A DNA stretch of 57,758 nucleotides, from assembly GCA_903911245.1 (NCBI GenBank), contig CAIWCR010000028.1, forward strand, positions 1-57,758, read 5' to 3'. The position numbers and the translations under genes were made by a program. The notes under the pieces were generated by a model. It worked only from the letters and a program-made list of their open reading frames with translations, did no database searches and was not told where the DNA came from. This document shows, piece by piece, positions 39,392 to 48,810 of the stretch (positions are counted from its first letter, which is position 1; each line of letters begins with the position of its first letter). The DNA comes from an uncultured Parcubacteria group bacterium. Its GTDB lineage: Bacteria > Patescibacteriota > Minisyncoccia > UBA6257 > 2-01-FULL-56-20.

Positions 39392-40006
39392 TTATAATAA
39401 AGGAACGATGCTCCCAACGTTTCTGCCATTTATTTTGTTTTTTACAACCTTGAACGAGGTAGGAGCTTCTAACCCGATAATCATCATCGGTACAGTGAGA
39501 ACATTATTGAGAGGAATCAGATATCGGCAAACTTTCTCGAATTCTCCGACAGCGCTATCAAATGCGCCGGCAATTTTCAGTTTTTTTGTAGTGCAAATCA
39601 CGACTCCAACCTCCGTCTGGACGGCTTTTTTGACATGGTTCATCTCGCTCGCTAGTACCGGCTTCAGCAAGTTCCATGCTATGGCTTCCCCGTGGTTAAA
39701 GGCGACCTCAATCGAAACCGAATCTTTTGCAAAATCAAGCCTCCATTTTTTTTCTTTCATGTATCCTTCTTGCTGGAATATTGGTGCTTCTTTTAGCCAG
39801 CCCTTTTCGATAAAGCGTTCCTTGAGAAGATCGTTTATGGCATACGAAAGACTCATCTTCTTTGAATATTTTGATTCGTGTCTCGTCTGGATGTCTGCAT
39901 CGGATATGCCCAAGATAACGTCGGTAAGCTCCTTATATATGGAAGCATAGCGCTCTTCGTTGAGGATTATGTCACCGTTCCTATGTGCTTTGGTTACAAA
40001 TTTCAT
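39392..40006 (-). CDS. BglII/BstYI-like restriction endonuclease
   Basis: GW.KE, RLDFAKD.VSIEVAF, VGVVI, VPMMIIGL; divergent from the methyltransferase. Confidence 0.75.
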   Translation of the reverse strand: MKFVTKAHRNGDIILNEERYASIYKELTDVILGISDADIQTRHESKYSKKMSLSYAINDLLKERFIEKGWLKEAPIFQQEGYMKEKKWRLDFAKDSVSIEVAFNHGEAIAWNLLKPVLASEMNHVKKAVQTEVGVVICTTKKLKIAGAFDSAVGEFEKVCRYLIPLNNVLTVPMMIIGLEAPTSFKVVKNKINGRNVGSIVPLL

Positions 40007-40180
40007 GGGATAGAAATTAATGGATTAATATCTAAAGGATAGATCAAAACTAGCCGATAGTCGATCTGTCATGTTATTGTTTACCAGGTGTGGGTTTTAA
40101 AACCTGTGTATTACTCGATCTTGATCAAATAATGTCTTTGTGATAGGATTTCTATAAATGATTTTAATTTTATTAACACA

Positions 40181-41455
40181 ATGACTTCAAGGAATAAAGG
40201 GACGGATAAGGAGCTTCGGGTGGTAGAGCTTTTTGCAGGAGTCGGCGGGTTCCGGCTCGGGCTTTGCGGTACTGCTAAAAAACCATTCAAAGGATATAGG
40301 ATTGTTTGGGCAAATCAATGGGAGCCTTCTGGTCGCACCCAGCATGCTGCTATGGTTTATTCCGAGCGATTCCATAACGGGGCAAAACCCAACGAATATT
40401 TTAATGAGGATATAAACAAGGTTGTCGAGATTAAAAATTTTCCAGTTCCGGACCATGATTTATTGGTCGGCGGCTTCCCCTGTCAGGATTATTCAGTCGC
40501 CCGGACATTGAGTCATGCTGCGGGTATCGAAGGGAAAAAGGGTGTTCTCTGGTGGGCAATCCATAAGATTCTCCAAAGGAGGGCGCCTCAGTATGTCATG
40601 CTGGAAAACGTCGATCGCCTCTTAAAATCTCCGGCTTCCCAGCGAGGGAGGGACTTCGGTATCATACTAGCTTCCTTATCCGATCTCGGGTACGCCGTGG
40701 AATGGCGGGTTGTGAACGCTGCAGATTATGGAATGCCCCAACGCAGGAAAAGAACTTTTATTCTGGGCTATAAAAAAGGAACTTCTCTCTATAATAAACT
40801 GACCCATGCAAAACCACTGGACTGGCTAACCAAAGACGGCGTCGTCGCTGATGCGTTCCCAGTAAGGGATTTTGAAGTTGCTTTCATTCCTCGATTCATA
40901 GAGATAGAAGGAAGCCTCGATGAAGTTTCAAAAAAATTCAAATTCTCCTTTGAAAACTCCGGCCTTATGTTTGGACGGAAATTTATAACTACTAAAACGA
41001 CGCCTCATGATTATGAGACGACAACTCTCGGCTCAATTCTGCTTCCTATTGAAGCGGTTCCAAAAGAATTTTTTATCTCAAAAAGTGAACTGGCCCAATG
41101 GAAGCGTCTGAAAGGTAGTAAAAAAGAAATTCGTTCTTCGAAAAACGGCTTTACTTACACTTACGCCGAAGGATCAATGGCTTTTCCTGATTATCTCGAC
41201 CGACCGTCACGCACTATCGTGACGGGAGAAGGAGGCCCCTCACCTTCCCGCTTTAAGCATGTTATAAAACAAGGAATCCATTATCGAAGACTTGCTCCAA
41301 TTGAGCTTGAACGTCTTTGTATGTTTCCGGACAATCATACCTCCTATCCCGGGATAGGAGATGCAAAGCGTGCATTTTTTATGGGTAATGCCCTAGTTGT
41401 CGGCGTTATCGAAAGACTCGGCCAATCTCTTCTAAAAGCCAATAAAAATCTCTAG
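40181..41455 (+). CDS. dcm: DNA (cytosine-5) methyltransferase, M.Sau3AI-like (GATC predicted)
   Basis: ELFAGVGGFRLGL, WANQWEP, GGFPCQDYSVA, ENVDRLLKSP..QRGRDF, QRR.R.F, MGNALV. Confidence 0.93.
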   Translation: MTSRNKGTDKELRVVELFAGVGGFRLGLCGTAKKPFKGYRIVWANQWEPSGRTQHAAMVYSERFHNGAKPNEYFNEDINKVVEIKNFPVPDHDLLVGGFPCQDYSVARTLSHAAGIEGKKGVLWWAIHKILQRRAPQYVMLENVDRLLKSPASQRGRDFGIILASLSDLGYAVEWRVVNAADYGMPQRRKRTFILGYKKGTSLYNKLTHAKPLDWLTKDGVVADAFPVRDFEVAFIPRFIEIEGSLDEVSKKFKFSFENSGLMFGRKFITTKTTPHDYETTTLGSILLPIEAVPKEFFISKSELAQWKRLKGSKKEIRSSKNGFTYTYAEGSMAFPDYLDRPSRTIVTGEGGPSPSRFKHVIKQGIHYRRLAPIELERLCMFPDNHTSYPGIGDAKRAFFMGNALVVGVIERLGQSLLKANKNL

Positions 41456-41702
41456 TGCTCTATCTATTAGTTTATTAATTTGTTCTGCAATGCCAAAGAA
41501 CTTTTAGTTTTAATATGGATAAGGCAAAGCCTTTGCCCATAGCCCATAGAAAGCCGGCTCCACACTATAAAAACCACGCCTAGACCAAAATTTGTGGCTT
41601 AATCACCATTCAAAAACGAGCATAAGTTCTAAATTTGTAATATTCAACCAAGGGGACTTTCCATATTTCCGAAAAAGAGTTTTAGTTAGCTCTAATCGAA
41701 AT

Positions 41703-41849
41703 ATGAAAAAAGATAATAATAAATTTGCAAAACTCTGCCGAAAAATAATCGAGCATCTTAACCATTGTGAGGTATTCGAGAAAGAAGAAGAGGAAATGAT
41801 GAAATTAGCAAAAGAGCTTCTGATTGTCACATCAAAACAAATAGATTGA
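41703..41849 (+). CDS. Small hypothetical protein
   Basis: 48-aa helical ORF from ATG 41703 (MKKDNNK...). Confidence 0.45.
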   Translation: MKKDNNKFAKLCRKIIEHLNHCEVFEKEEEEMMKLAKELLIVTSKQID

Positions 41850-41858
41850 GAATTTTCA

Positions 41859-41906
41859 GTTTTTCGGTTTTTCTTTCCCTAGGGAAGCGGAAAACCGAAA
41901 AGCTAG
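41859..41906. repeat. Palindromic ori-like repeat, copy A
   Basis: TTTTCGGTTTT...CCCTAGGG...AAAACCGAAAA; 38/48 identical to 51018-51065. Confidence 0.65.
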
Positions 41907-41931
41907 TATCTATCGGATTTCCGTTTTTACC

Positions 41932-42238
41932 TTACTGTTCCCTATCCCCTCCTTCCTTTCTCATGAGATATATCATCCATGCGTAATCAAGTGGAATATA
42001 CTCAATAATATATCCGTTTTCGCACTTTGCTGAACATTCTTCAACGATTTCTAGGACATCGTGTTGCTCGTCCATTGTTAGCTTCTTACCTATATGCTTC
42101 TCGAGTTCGATAATCAAATGGTCCAACATTGCCATCTCTTCTTGTACGGCCGTCTTCTTTTGCAGTTTGAAGAACATCATCCAAGATGTATTTGGGAAGC
42201 ATGTCTTTAAGTTTGATTTTCTTTTGTCGTTTATTCAT
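41932..42238 (-). pseudogene. Hypothetical protein, apparently frameshifted
   Basis: ATG at 42238 (MNKRQKKIKLKDMLPKYILDDVLQTAKED) overlaps a second frame (AVQEEMAMLDHL...) ending at 41932. Confidence 0.45.
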
Positions 42239-42254
42239 AAGGCTTTGTTACAAA

Positions 42255-43070
42255 TTACTGGCACAACGTAACATCTTCCCCTATTTTTCCCTTGAGATAA
42301 TTTTGAACGTCATAAATATTTCCGATTTTATCAATCAGCTTGTTTTGTAGTGCCATCTTACCGAGCATCGAAGAACCATCAGCAATTGTGGTTACGCTTG
42401 CCACGGAGAGATTGCGATTCCGTGCTACGGAACTGATGAAGTTCTGCATCATGATATTAAGATCTCGCTGAAATAATGCCTTTTCTTCTGTTGTAAGCGG
42501 GGTATCTGGATTCCCGGCATCTTTATACTTCCCGGCAGTAAGTGAAACGAACGTCTGACCATTTTGTTCATTTTGTTTAACATTATCAAGATATGATTGC
42601 GTAACTCCGATATCAACGAGGGTTGAATTTGCGGACGCAAAGATCGTTTCTGCGCCTGTTGCAGCCCAATAGGCTGCTGATGTGCCCATGTCTCCCACAA
42701 GAGCTACGGTTGGCTTGTTGGCATGTTTCAATGCGGTTGCAATATCTTCTCCAGCCACCGGGTTTCCGCCAAATGAATCAATGTGCAAAACAATGGCTTT
42801 GATATTTGGATCAGCATCCGCCATCTCAATCTGCTGGCGTATATCTTCGGAGGCTGTCTGATTGAGCGTGTTTGATGCGTCGTTGCCGTTTTCATTCGGA
42901 TAATAGACGACCGAACCGTAAAGCTGTACCACTGCTACATTGCAACTTTTTGGTTGCTGGTTCCAATATTCAGAAAGACTAATGACGCCACCAATAAGAA
43001 TGGCGAGGGCGACTAGTCCAAGAACCGTAACCATCAAAGATTCTTTTGTTGATTGAAGATTGAATTTCAT
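42255..43070 (-). CDS. sppA: S49 family signal-peptide peptidase (SppA-like)
   Basis: N-terminal TM, IKAIVLHIDSFGG, KPTVA, SAAYWAA, AGKYKDAG, LIDKIG. Confidence 0.9.
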   Translation of the reverse strand: MKFNLQSTKESLMVTVLGLVALAILIGGVISLSEYWNQQPKSCNVAVVQLYGSVVYYPNENGNDASNTLNQTASEDIRQQIEMADADPNIKAIVLHIDSFGGNPVAGEDIATALKHANKPTVALVGDMGTSAAYWAATGAETIFASANSTLVDIGVTQSYLDNVKQNEQNGQTFVSLTAGKYKDAGNPDTPLTTEEKALFQRDLNIMMQNFISSVARNRNLSVASVTTIADGSSMLGKMALQNKLIDKIGNIYDVQNYLKGKIGEDVTLCQ

Positions 43071-43098
43071 ATTTTAAGGGATAATGAATTTAAGTTTT

Positions 43099-43608
43099 TT
43101 ATTTTATAAGTTTCAGATTAATAAGTCTGAAATTCATAGCTTGTTCGCTCACGCCATATTTTTTAGCAAGGACTTTTAAATGCTTTGTTGAAAAATCGCC
43201 TTTCACTATTTTTCGAAAATCTTTTTCCATATTTGTCTTTGGCATTAAAATTGCCGCTGCATATCTGTCGGCTTCTTTCTCTTTTATATTTCTTAACGGT
43301 TTATCACTTGGATTTCTGTGTTCGAGATAATCGACAAATGCTTTTTGCGTATGATGCAAGAAAAGATGACCCAACTCGTGAGCAATCGTGAATCTTTGTC
43401 TCGTTACTGCTTCTTTGCTGTTGAGTCCTATTAATGCCTCACCTTTTTTTCTAATAAGGAGACCAGAAAATTCTTCGCTTGGTGCACGACTTATGCGGAT
43501 ATTACATTTTTTTGCAATATCTTCTACGGGAACGGGAATTGATTCAATAGCAAGAGATTGCAATAGTTCATCAGCCTTATTTTCAATGCGTTGTATTATT
43601 TTATCCAT
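43099..43608 (-). CDS. ImmA/IrrE family metallopeptidase
   Basis: PVPVEDIA, FSGLL, RQRFTIAHELGH, EKEAD.YAAAILMP, YGVSEQAM..RL. Confidence 0.93.
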   Translation of the reverse strand: MDKIIQRIENKADELLQSLAIESIPVPVEDIAKKCNIRISRAPSEEFSGLLIRKKGEALIGLNSKEAVTRQRFTIAHELGHLFLHHTQKAFVDYLEHRNPSDKPLRNIKEKEADRYAAAILMPKTNMEKDFRKIVKGDFSTKHLKVLAKKYGVSEQAMNFRLINLKLIK

Positions 43609-43960
43609 GATTTTTGAAAAGATCTTTTGCCCACATTACTGCCTTCTCATCTTCCTTGGCTATTGATTGTAAATCGATTTTACTGAGGGAAAAACCACGA
43701 GGAATTATTGGAAAGAAGTTTTCTGTTTTACATCCGAGGAGGCAGGCAAGTTTCCATAAAAGTACCGCGTTGACGTTATTTCTGCCCGTTTCGATTTGTG
43801 TCAGTGCTTCACGGGTCATGCCCAACTCTGCCGCCACTCGTGCTGCGCTATGATTCTGTTTCTTTCGTATCTCCTGAACCTTTCTTCCGATTCCCTTTTT
43901 TATTTCGGAATCGGGTGATGTCCACTCCTTATTTATTGTACCCTTCTTTTTTGTTTTCAT
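43601..43960 (-). CDS. XRE family HTH regulator
   Basis: IGRKVQEIRK...VAAELGMTREALTQIETG...L.KLA.LLG; overlaps the immA start. Confidence 0.9.
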   Translation of the reverse strand: MKTKKKGTINKEWTSPDSEIKKGIGRKVQEIRKKQNHSAARVAAELGMTREALTQIETGRNNVNAVLLWKLACLLGCKTENFFPIIPRGFSLSKIDLQSIAKEDEKAVMWAKDLFKNHG

Positions 43961-44000
43961 TTTATTAAAACGTGCAAAACTTGTTTTATATAGTACCATA

Positions 44001-44017
44001 TGTTACTCACAGTAACA
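44001..44017. promoter_or_regulatory. Candidate XRE operator
   Basis: TGTTACT-CAC-AGTAACA perfect 7-bp arms overlapping a minus-strand TTGTTA-17-TACTAT promoter, between divergent genes. Confidence 0.55.
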
Positions 44018-44100
44018 AATGACACATCTAATTCCGTTGCTATTTCGAGAAGATATAACCATACTTAAGAAGTTGAATGAAGAAAATAAGATAAGCTTCA

Positions 44101-45354
44101 ATGAAAATAAACGAAACAGTAAGAAAAGACGGACTTCGCATCATTACATGTCATGTTCCTCAAAAAAAGACCGTTCTTGTGGAACTTATTGCTCGAGTTG
44201 GTTATGCATGCGACCCAATTAATAAGCCAGGTCTTTTTCATACACTTGAACACATGGTATTTGAAGGAACGGAAAAACGTACTGCAAAGGAATTATCGGC
44301 ATTTGCCTCCAAAAATTTTTTTGGCAACAATGCTTCAACTGGGACACTTGCAACGACCTATGAGGTGACAACGATAGATAGAAAATTTCCACTGGCGTGT
44401 GAGTATCTTTGCGATATTTATTTCAATGCGACGATACCCGTCCCAGGACTGAAAAAAGAAAAAGGGCCTATCTTACTCGAAATCGCAAGAAAAAAGGATT
44501 CTGACAATTCCATCGGAAGCATGGCCTTGAATGAGTGTTTATACAAGGAAAATCCATCTCGTTGCGATGGCGTCGGTACTTCGGCCGGAATAGGAAGAAT
44601 TCATCGTGCCGATCTTATAGATCAAAAAAATAAATGGTATATTCCCTCGAATACCATTGCGCTTGCGGTCGGAAACATAAATCATGACGATTTCGTAAAA
44701 GAAATAAACAAGCGAATTCCGTTGTCCTTGAAAAAAGTTTCTTTATGCCAATGGGGCGACGAAGCGAACGATCCTCCTGTAAAAAAGGAAATGATCATTA
44801 AAAAACCGAAGCGCGAGAAAACAATGCTTTTTCTTGGATGTAAAATTCCCAAAAATCTTGATGTACGACAGGAGGAAGCATTTTCTTTGTTTAGTAAATT
44901 AATTGGCCGTGGATTCGATTCACCCCTCTGGCATGAAATTAGGGAGAGAAGAGGCTTGGCATATAGTATTCAAAGTAACTATTCTGGAATCGCCGGCTTG
45001 AGTAGTAGATTTATCGTATACGCTGAGACGAGCCAGTCAAAATCGTCACAAGTCGAAAAATTGATATGGCAGGTACTTGTGAAGCCTCTTCCTGATAATG
45101 GCAAATTCGAGGAATTAAGAGAGAAGGTATTTAATGCGTTTGAGGTGGATGTTATTGAAAACAACGAACTCGATTACTTCGAAGGTCTTATATGGAAAAA
45201 GATAGTCGATGGAGATCCGGTAAAAATGGCGGAACAGGAAGATAAAAAACGCCTTAAGGCGATTGCCAGTCTTTCGCTGAAAGATCTTGAAGCGGTTCGG
45301 AAGCAATTTATTCGTCCAGAGCGATTCGCGAAAGTTCTTATAGAACCAGAATAA
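44101..45354 (+). CDS. M16 (pitrilysin-like) zinc peptidase
   Basis: GLFHTLEHMVFEGT (HxxEH), NAST, EKGPILLEI, SPLWHEIRERRGLAY. Confidence 0.92.
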   Translation: MKINETVRKDGLRIITCHVPQKKTVLVELIARVGYACDPINKPGLFHTLEHMVFEGTEKRTAKELSAFASKNFFGNNASTGTLATTYEVTTIDRKFPLACEYLCDIYFNATIPVPGLKKEKGPILLEIARKKDSDNSIGSMALNECLYKENPSRCDGVGTSAGIGRIHRADLIDQKNKWYIPSNTIALAVGNINHDDFVKEINKRIPLSLKKVSLCQWGDEANDPPVKKEMIIKKPKREKTMLFLGCKIPKNLDVRQEEAFSLFSKLIGRGFDSPLWHEIRERRGLAYSIQSNYSGIAGLSSRFIVYAETSQSKSSQVEKLIWQVLVKPLPDNGKFEELREKVFNAFEVDVIENNELDYFEGLIWKKIVDGDPVKMAEQEDKKRLKAIASLSLKDLEAVRKQFIRPERFAKVLIEPE

Positions 45355-45408
45355 TGTTTTGTTTTGTTAATTATTAAAGAGTCGAAACAAAAATAATCAA
45401 TATCGATC

Positions 45409-46320
45409 ATGAGAGAACCCATTATCAGCGATCAAGATTTTATAAGGCGTCTTTCGGAAGAAGAAAGAAAGCACGCAGGGTTTATTTCGACAAAAGAGAT
45501 TTTCCCTTTGGTTTGCGAACATGCGGCGCTTTTGGAGAGCGGTATAAAACCTGTCGGCGCCATCCCGACGGGTTTTATAAAACTGGACAAAGCGCTCATC
45601 GGATTGAAAAAAGCGGATCTTATCGTTGTCGGCGCAGAACCTTGCGTAGGAAAGACTGCCTTTGTTCTTAGTCTTGCGGAGAATATGGCGCATAAGGGGA
45701 TGAAGGTTGGAATCTTTTCTCTCGACACGTTAAGAGAAAAAATAATGCAGCGGTTAATAGCGATTCGAACATCAATTCCATTATGGCGCATCGTCACTGG
45801 TCGGTTAAATAAGGGCGACATGAAGCGTATTGAGCAATGCGCCGAGAGTTTCAAGAAGTTACCATTATATATCGACGACGAGACAGATCTTGATGTTTTG
45901 GAACTACGTTCAAGAGCGACTGAACTTAGGGATAAAGATGGATTGGATTTTTTGATAGTGGATTGTTTTCAGTTTATCCGTTCATTTGATAATGAACCCC
46001 ATAATCTAAACAGGGTCGCTTGTGGTCTCAAAATGATTGCCGTTGAATTGAATATCTCCATTGTTATTACTTTGAATATGGAACGAAAGCAATCCGATCA
46101 TCACTTTCCGAATTTTCACGACATCCGCCAATGGTCACTGGATCGATATGCGGATGTTGTATTAATGCTTCGTCAAAGTAATCAATTTGAGGTCGATGGA
46201 TCCATACGACCGATTGACATCTTTGTTTTAAAGAATAAAAATGGTCCAACAGGGATGGTTGAGCTTGGTTTTGATTACGAGTTGGCGAGTTTCATCGACG
46301 CGGTAGAATCAAAGAAATAA
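45409..46320 (+). CDS. DnaB-like helicase, C-terminal ATPase domain only
   Basis: IPTGF..LD..L.GL...DLIVVGAEPCVGKT, LIVD..Q, LK.IA.ELN, ADVV, KNKNGPTG; no N-terminal domain. Confidence 0.88.
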   Translation: MREPIISDQDFIRRLSEEERKHAGFISTKEIFPLVCEHAALLESGIKPVGAIPTGFIKLDKALIGLKKADLIVVGAEPCVGKTAFVLSLAENMAHKGMKVGIFSLDTLREKIMQRLIAIRTSIPLWRIVTGRLNKGDMKRIEQCAESFKKLPLYIDDETDLDVLELRSRATELRDKDGLDFLIVDCFQFIRSFDNEPHNLNRVACGLKMIAVELNISIVITLNMERKQSDHHFPNFHDIRQWSLDRYADVVLMLRQSNQFEVDGSIRPIDIFVLKNKNGPTGMVELGFDYELASFIDAVESKK

Positions 46321-46330
46321 CATAATTAAT

Positions 46331-47089
46331 ATGTCTCAATACTATAAGCCACAAAAAACAAGAAATCTTTTTGATCCAAAGTCAAAAGAGCCTTTTGTGG
46401 TAAGCCGAAGCGGAATCGATCTCTTTATACAATGTCCGCGATGCTTTTATCTCGACAAGAGGCTTGGCACCGCACGACCACCGGGATTCCCCTTCAGTTT
46501 GAATTCTGCCGTAGACGCTCTTCTCAAAAAAGAATTTGACATGCATCGAGCTAAGGGATCGACCCATCCGCTTATGGAAGAATATGGTATTGATGCCGTA
46601 CCTCTCGCAGATGAGAGACTTGATGAGTGGCGTGATTCATTAAGGAATGGGATAAAATATTTTCATGAACCAACGAATCTTATAATTCGTGGCGGTATTG
46701 ATGACGTATGGACAAGGCCAAACGGAGAATTGTATATCGTGGATTATAAAGCAACGTCAAAAAACGAAGAGGTTAACCTTGATGCCGAATGGCAAGATGG
46801 CTACAAACGACAAATGGAAGTGTATCAGTGGCTTTTCCGAAAAAATGGATTCAAGGTGTCAAATACGGGATATTTCGTTTATTGCAATGGAGATACCGAT
46901 AAAGAAGCGTTTGATGCCAAGCTCGAATTTGATATCAAAGTTATTCCTTATGAAGGCAATGATGAATGGATCGATGGCGTCATAACGGATTTGCACAAAT
47001 GTTTAATGGAAAAGAGTGTTCCGCGAGCGAAAGATTCCTGTGATTATTGTGCTTATTTCGAACGCCGGGCGTATCATGAGAAAAAATAA
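46331..47089 (+). CDS. PD-(D/E)XK nuclease (AddB/Cas4-like)
   Basis: SRS.I.LF..CPRCFYL, GGIDD, IVDYK, RQMEVY, C-terminal CDYC. Confidence 0.88.
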   Translation: MSQYYKPQKTRNLFDPKSKEPFVVSRSGIDLFIQCPRCFYLDKRLGTARPPGFPFSLNSAVDALLKKEFDMHRAKGSTHPLMEEYGIDAVPLADERLDEWRDSLRNGIKYFHEPTNLIIRGGIDDVWTRPNGELYIVDYKATSKNEEVNLDAEWQDGYKRQMEVYQWLFRKNGFKVSNTGYFVYCNGDTDKEAFDAKLEFDIKVIPYEGNDEWIDGVITDLHKCLMEKSVPRAKDSCDYCAYFERRAYHEKK

Positions 47090-47109
47090 AAAATTTAATT
47101 AATTTAAAA

Positions 47110-47736
47110 ATGTCGAACAAATATTTTTTACAACTTGAAAAAGAATTCGGAAAATATGGTAGCTGGGCTTTGTGGGATAAGGACGGTAAAATTGAGCCAT
47201 TTGTTCAAATAAAAAATTCCGTACGTTTCATAAAAGATTCTATTAATCCGAATATTGTTTTTATGGGATTAAATGCTAGTCGTGATTTAAAAAAAGAAAT
47301 CGATTGGGCAAATTATCACTCAGATTTGAAACCTAAAAAGGGACGAACATGGAAGAAGGCTTCTTGTCGCAGGTTAGCAGAAATTATCCAACAGAAAGAG
47401 TTTTTTCCGTTTCGGGGTGCATATATGACCGATATTATTAAAACCAGATACGATTCGACAAGTGGAAAACTCAAAATATTTCTTAAGACTCATAAAAGCA
47501 TTCTTAACAAGAATAAAAAACTACTTGAAAGAGAGATGAAAATGCTTCAGAAAATTTCTGGTTCAAATAAATTTGTAATTATCTGCATTGGTGATGATAG
47601 TTTTGAAATTACTAAACAAATATTGGGAACGAATGAGAATTTATATAAAATTCCACATTATGCGATGCGTGGAATTGATGATGAAATAAGAGAAAAAATA
47701 CAACAAGGGCTAATAAAAATAATTAAGAAGCTATGA
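47110..47736 (+). CDS. Hypothetical protein, possibly uracil-DNA-glycosylase-superfamily fold
   Basis: SWALW, IVFMGLNAS, GAYMTDIIK, IICIG, KIPHYA; fold is an inference. Confidence 0.6.
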   Translation: MSNKYFLQLEKEFGKYGSWALWDKDGKIEPFVQIKNSVRFIKDSINPNIVFMGLNASRDLKKEIDWANYHSDLKPKKGRTWKKASCRRLAEIIQQKEFFPFRGAYMTDIIKTRYDSTSGKLKIFLKTHKSILNKNKKLLEREMKMLQKISGSNKFVIICIGDDSFEITKQILGTNENLYKIPHYAMRGIDDEIREKIQQGLIKIIKKL

Positions 47737-47916
47737 TTCTGTTTCCGCGAACTCTTTTGGATTCATCCTGCGATATCTGATTTTGTTCTCGATTAAATGG
47801 ATGATACATCCGTCATTACTACAATTCGAGCTAGGGCATTTTGCGCAAGTCGGAACGAGGCATGAATATCTTTTTATGTTTTCTTCCCCCAAGTTTATCA
47901 AGCGACATCATTGTCT

Positions 47917-48183
47917 TTATTGGTTATTTCTATCTTCATTTATTGAATTCTGCTTAGATTGTACGGGCTTAATTCCTGCGCTCCATTTCCATACTTTCAC
48001 AGCCAACCAAGCCCCCGCAAGACCTCCTGTGATTTCTCCGATGGAAATTATTGCCTGCATTGTTTCTGCTGAGGAGTTCTCAAACATGAGACCGAGACAC
48101 AAGACAACACTAACGGTAATTATTTTCCCGGCTACGACAAAAGTAATAAGACCACCGATCAAACCAATTATTTTTTTCACCAT
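47917..48183 (-). CDS. Small two-TM membrane protein
   Basis: Two hydrophobic helices, 88 aa. Confidence 0.65.
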   Translation of the reverse strand: MVKKIIGLIGGLITFVVAGKIITVSVVLCLGLMFENSSAETMQAIISIGEITGGLAGAWLAVKVWKWSAGIKPVQSKQNSINEDRNNQ

Positions 48184-48272
48184 TTATTTTTCTATTTTTA
48201 ATTTTTCCGACCTTTACCACCGCATCGAGCTAATTAAAAATCGGTTTTGTAAAAAAGAAAACAAATCTGTCG

Positions 48273-48803
48273 TTATATGTGGTTTTCGTTCGTTTTCTCT
48301 CGGAGTATCTTTTGTGCCATAGCCATTGGGTCTTTACTAAAAACTATATCCCAGCGGTTTTTTAACTTTTTCAATTCTGGCAGTTCCTTCTCGAGCCAAA
48401 AAACTCTTTTGCCTTTTTCTATCGTCTGTTTGGACTTCTTTGATCGTTTAAGAAATTTCTTATACTCATTCTCCACTTTCTGATTCAATAGGTTTTTAGG
48501 AATTATGTAATATTCAATATGCTGATTTTCAGGAATGGAATGGACGGCTACAAATATATAAAATGACCTACCCCATTCTTTCTTTACTTGGAGAGGCCTG
48601 CTGCCCATCTGCCAACTATTCTCAGTTAATTCAACGGTTCTTGTTTTAACTTGTATATCAACGGAGTCATATTCATTGCTTGCAACGATATCCACTCCTG
48701 CGGTGTTTCTCAGGGTAACAGCAGCAATGAAGCCTCGCCGTGAAAGCTCCCCTGCTACAAAATATTCCCCTGCTATTCCTGAAAAAATTTGTTTCGTTTT
48801 CAT
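48273..48803 (-). CDS. PD-(D/E)XK-type nuclease
   Basis: GIAGEYFVAGELSRRG...VDIVA...IQVKT; start set at the MKTK ATG 48803. Confidence 0.8.
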   Translation of the reverse strand: MKTKQIFSGIAGEYFVAGELSRRGFIAAVTLRNTAGVDIVASNEYDSVDIQVKTRTVELTENSWQMGSRPLQVKKEWGRSFYIFVAVHSIPENQHIEYYIIPKNLLNQKVENEYKKFLKRSKKSKQTIEKGKRVFWLEKELPELKKLKNRWDIVFSKDPMAMAQKILREKTNENHI

Positions 48804-48810
48804 TGGATAC

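Noticed and set aside
46331..47089. Cas4-like gene as evidence of CRISPR-Cas
   Set aside because: Stand-alone PD-(D/E)XK nuclease; no cas1/cas2 or array in the window.
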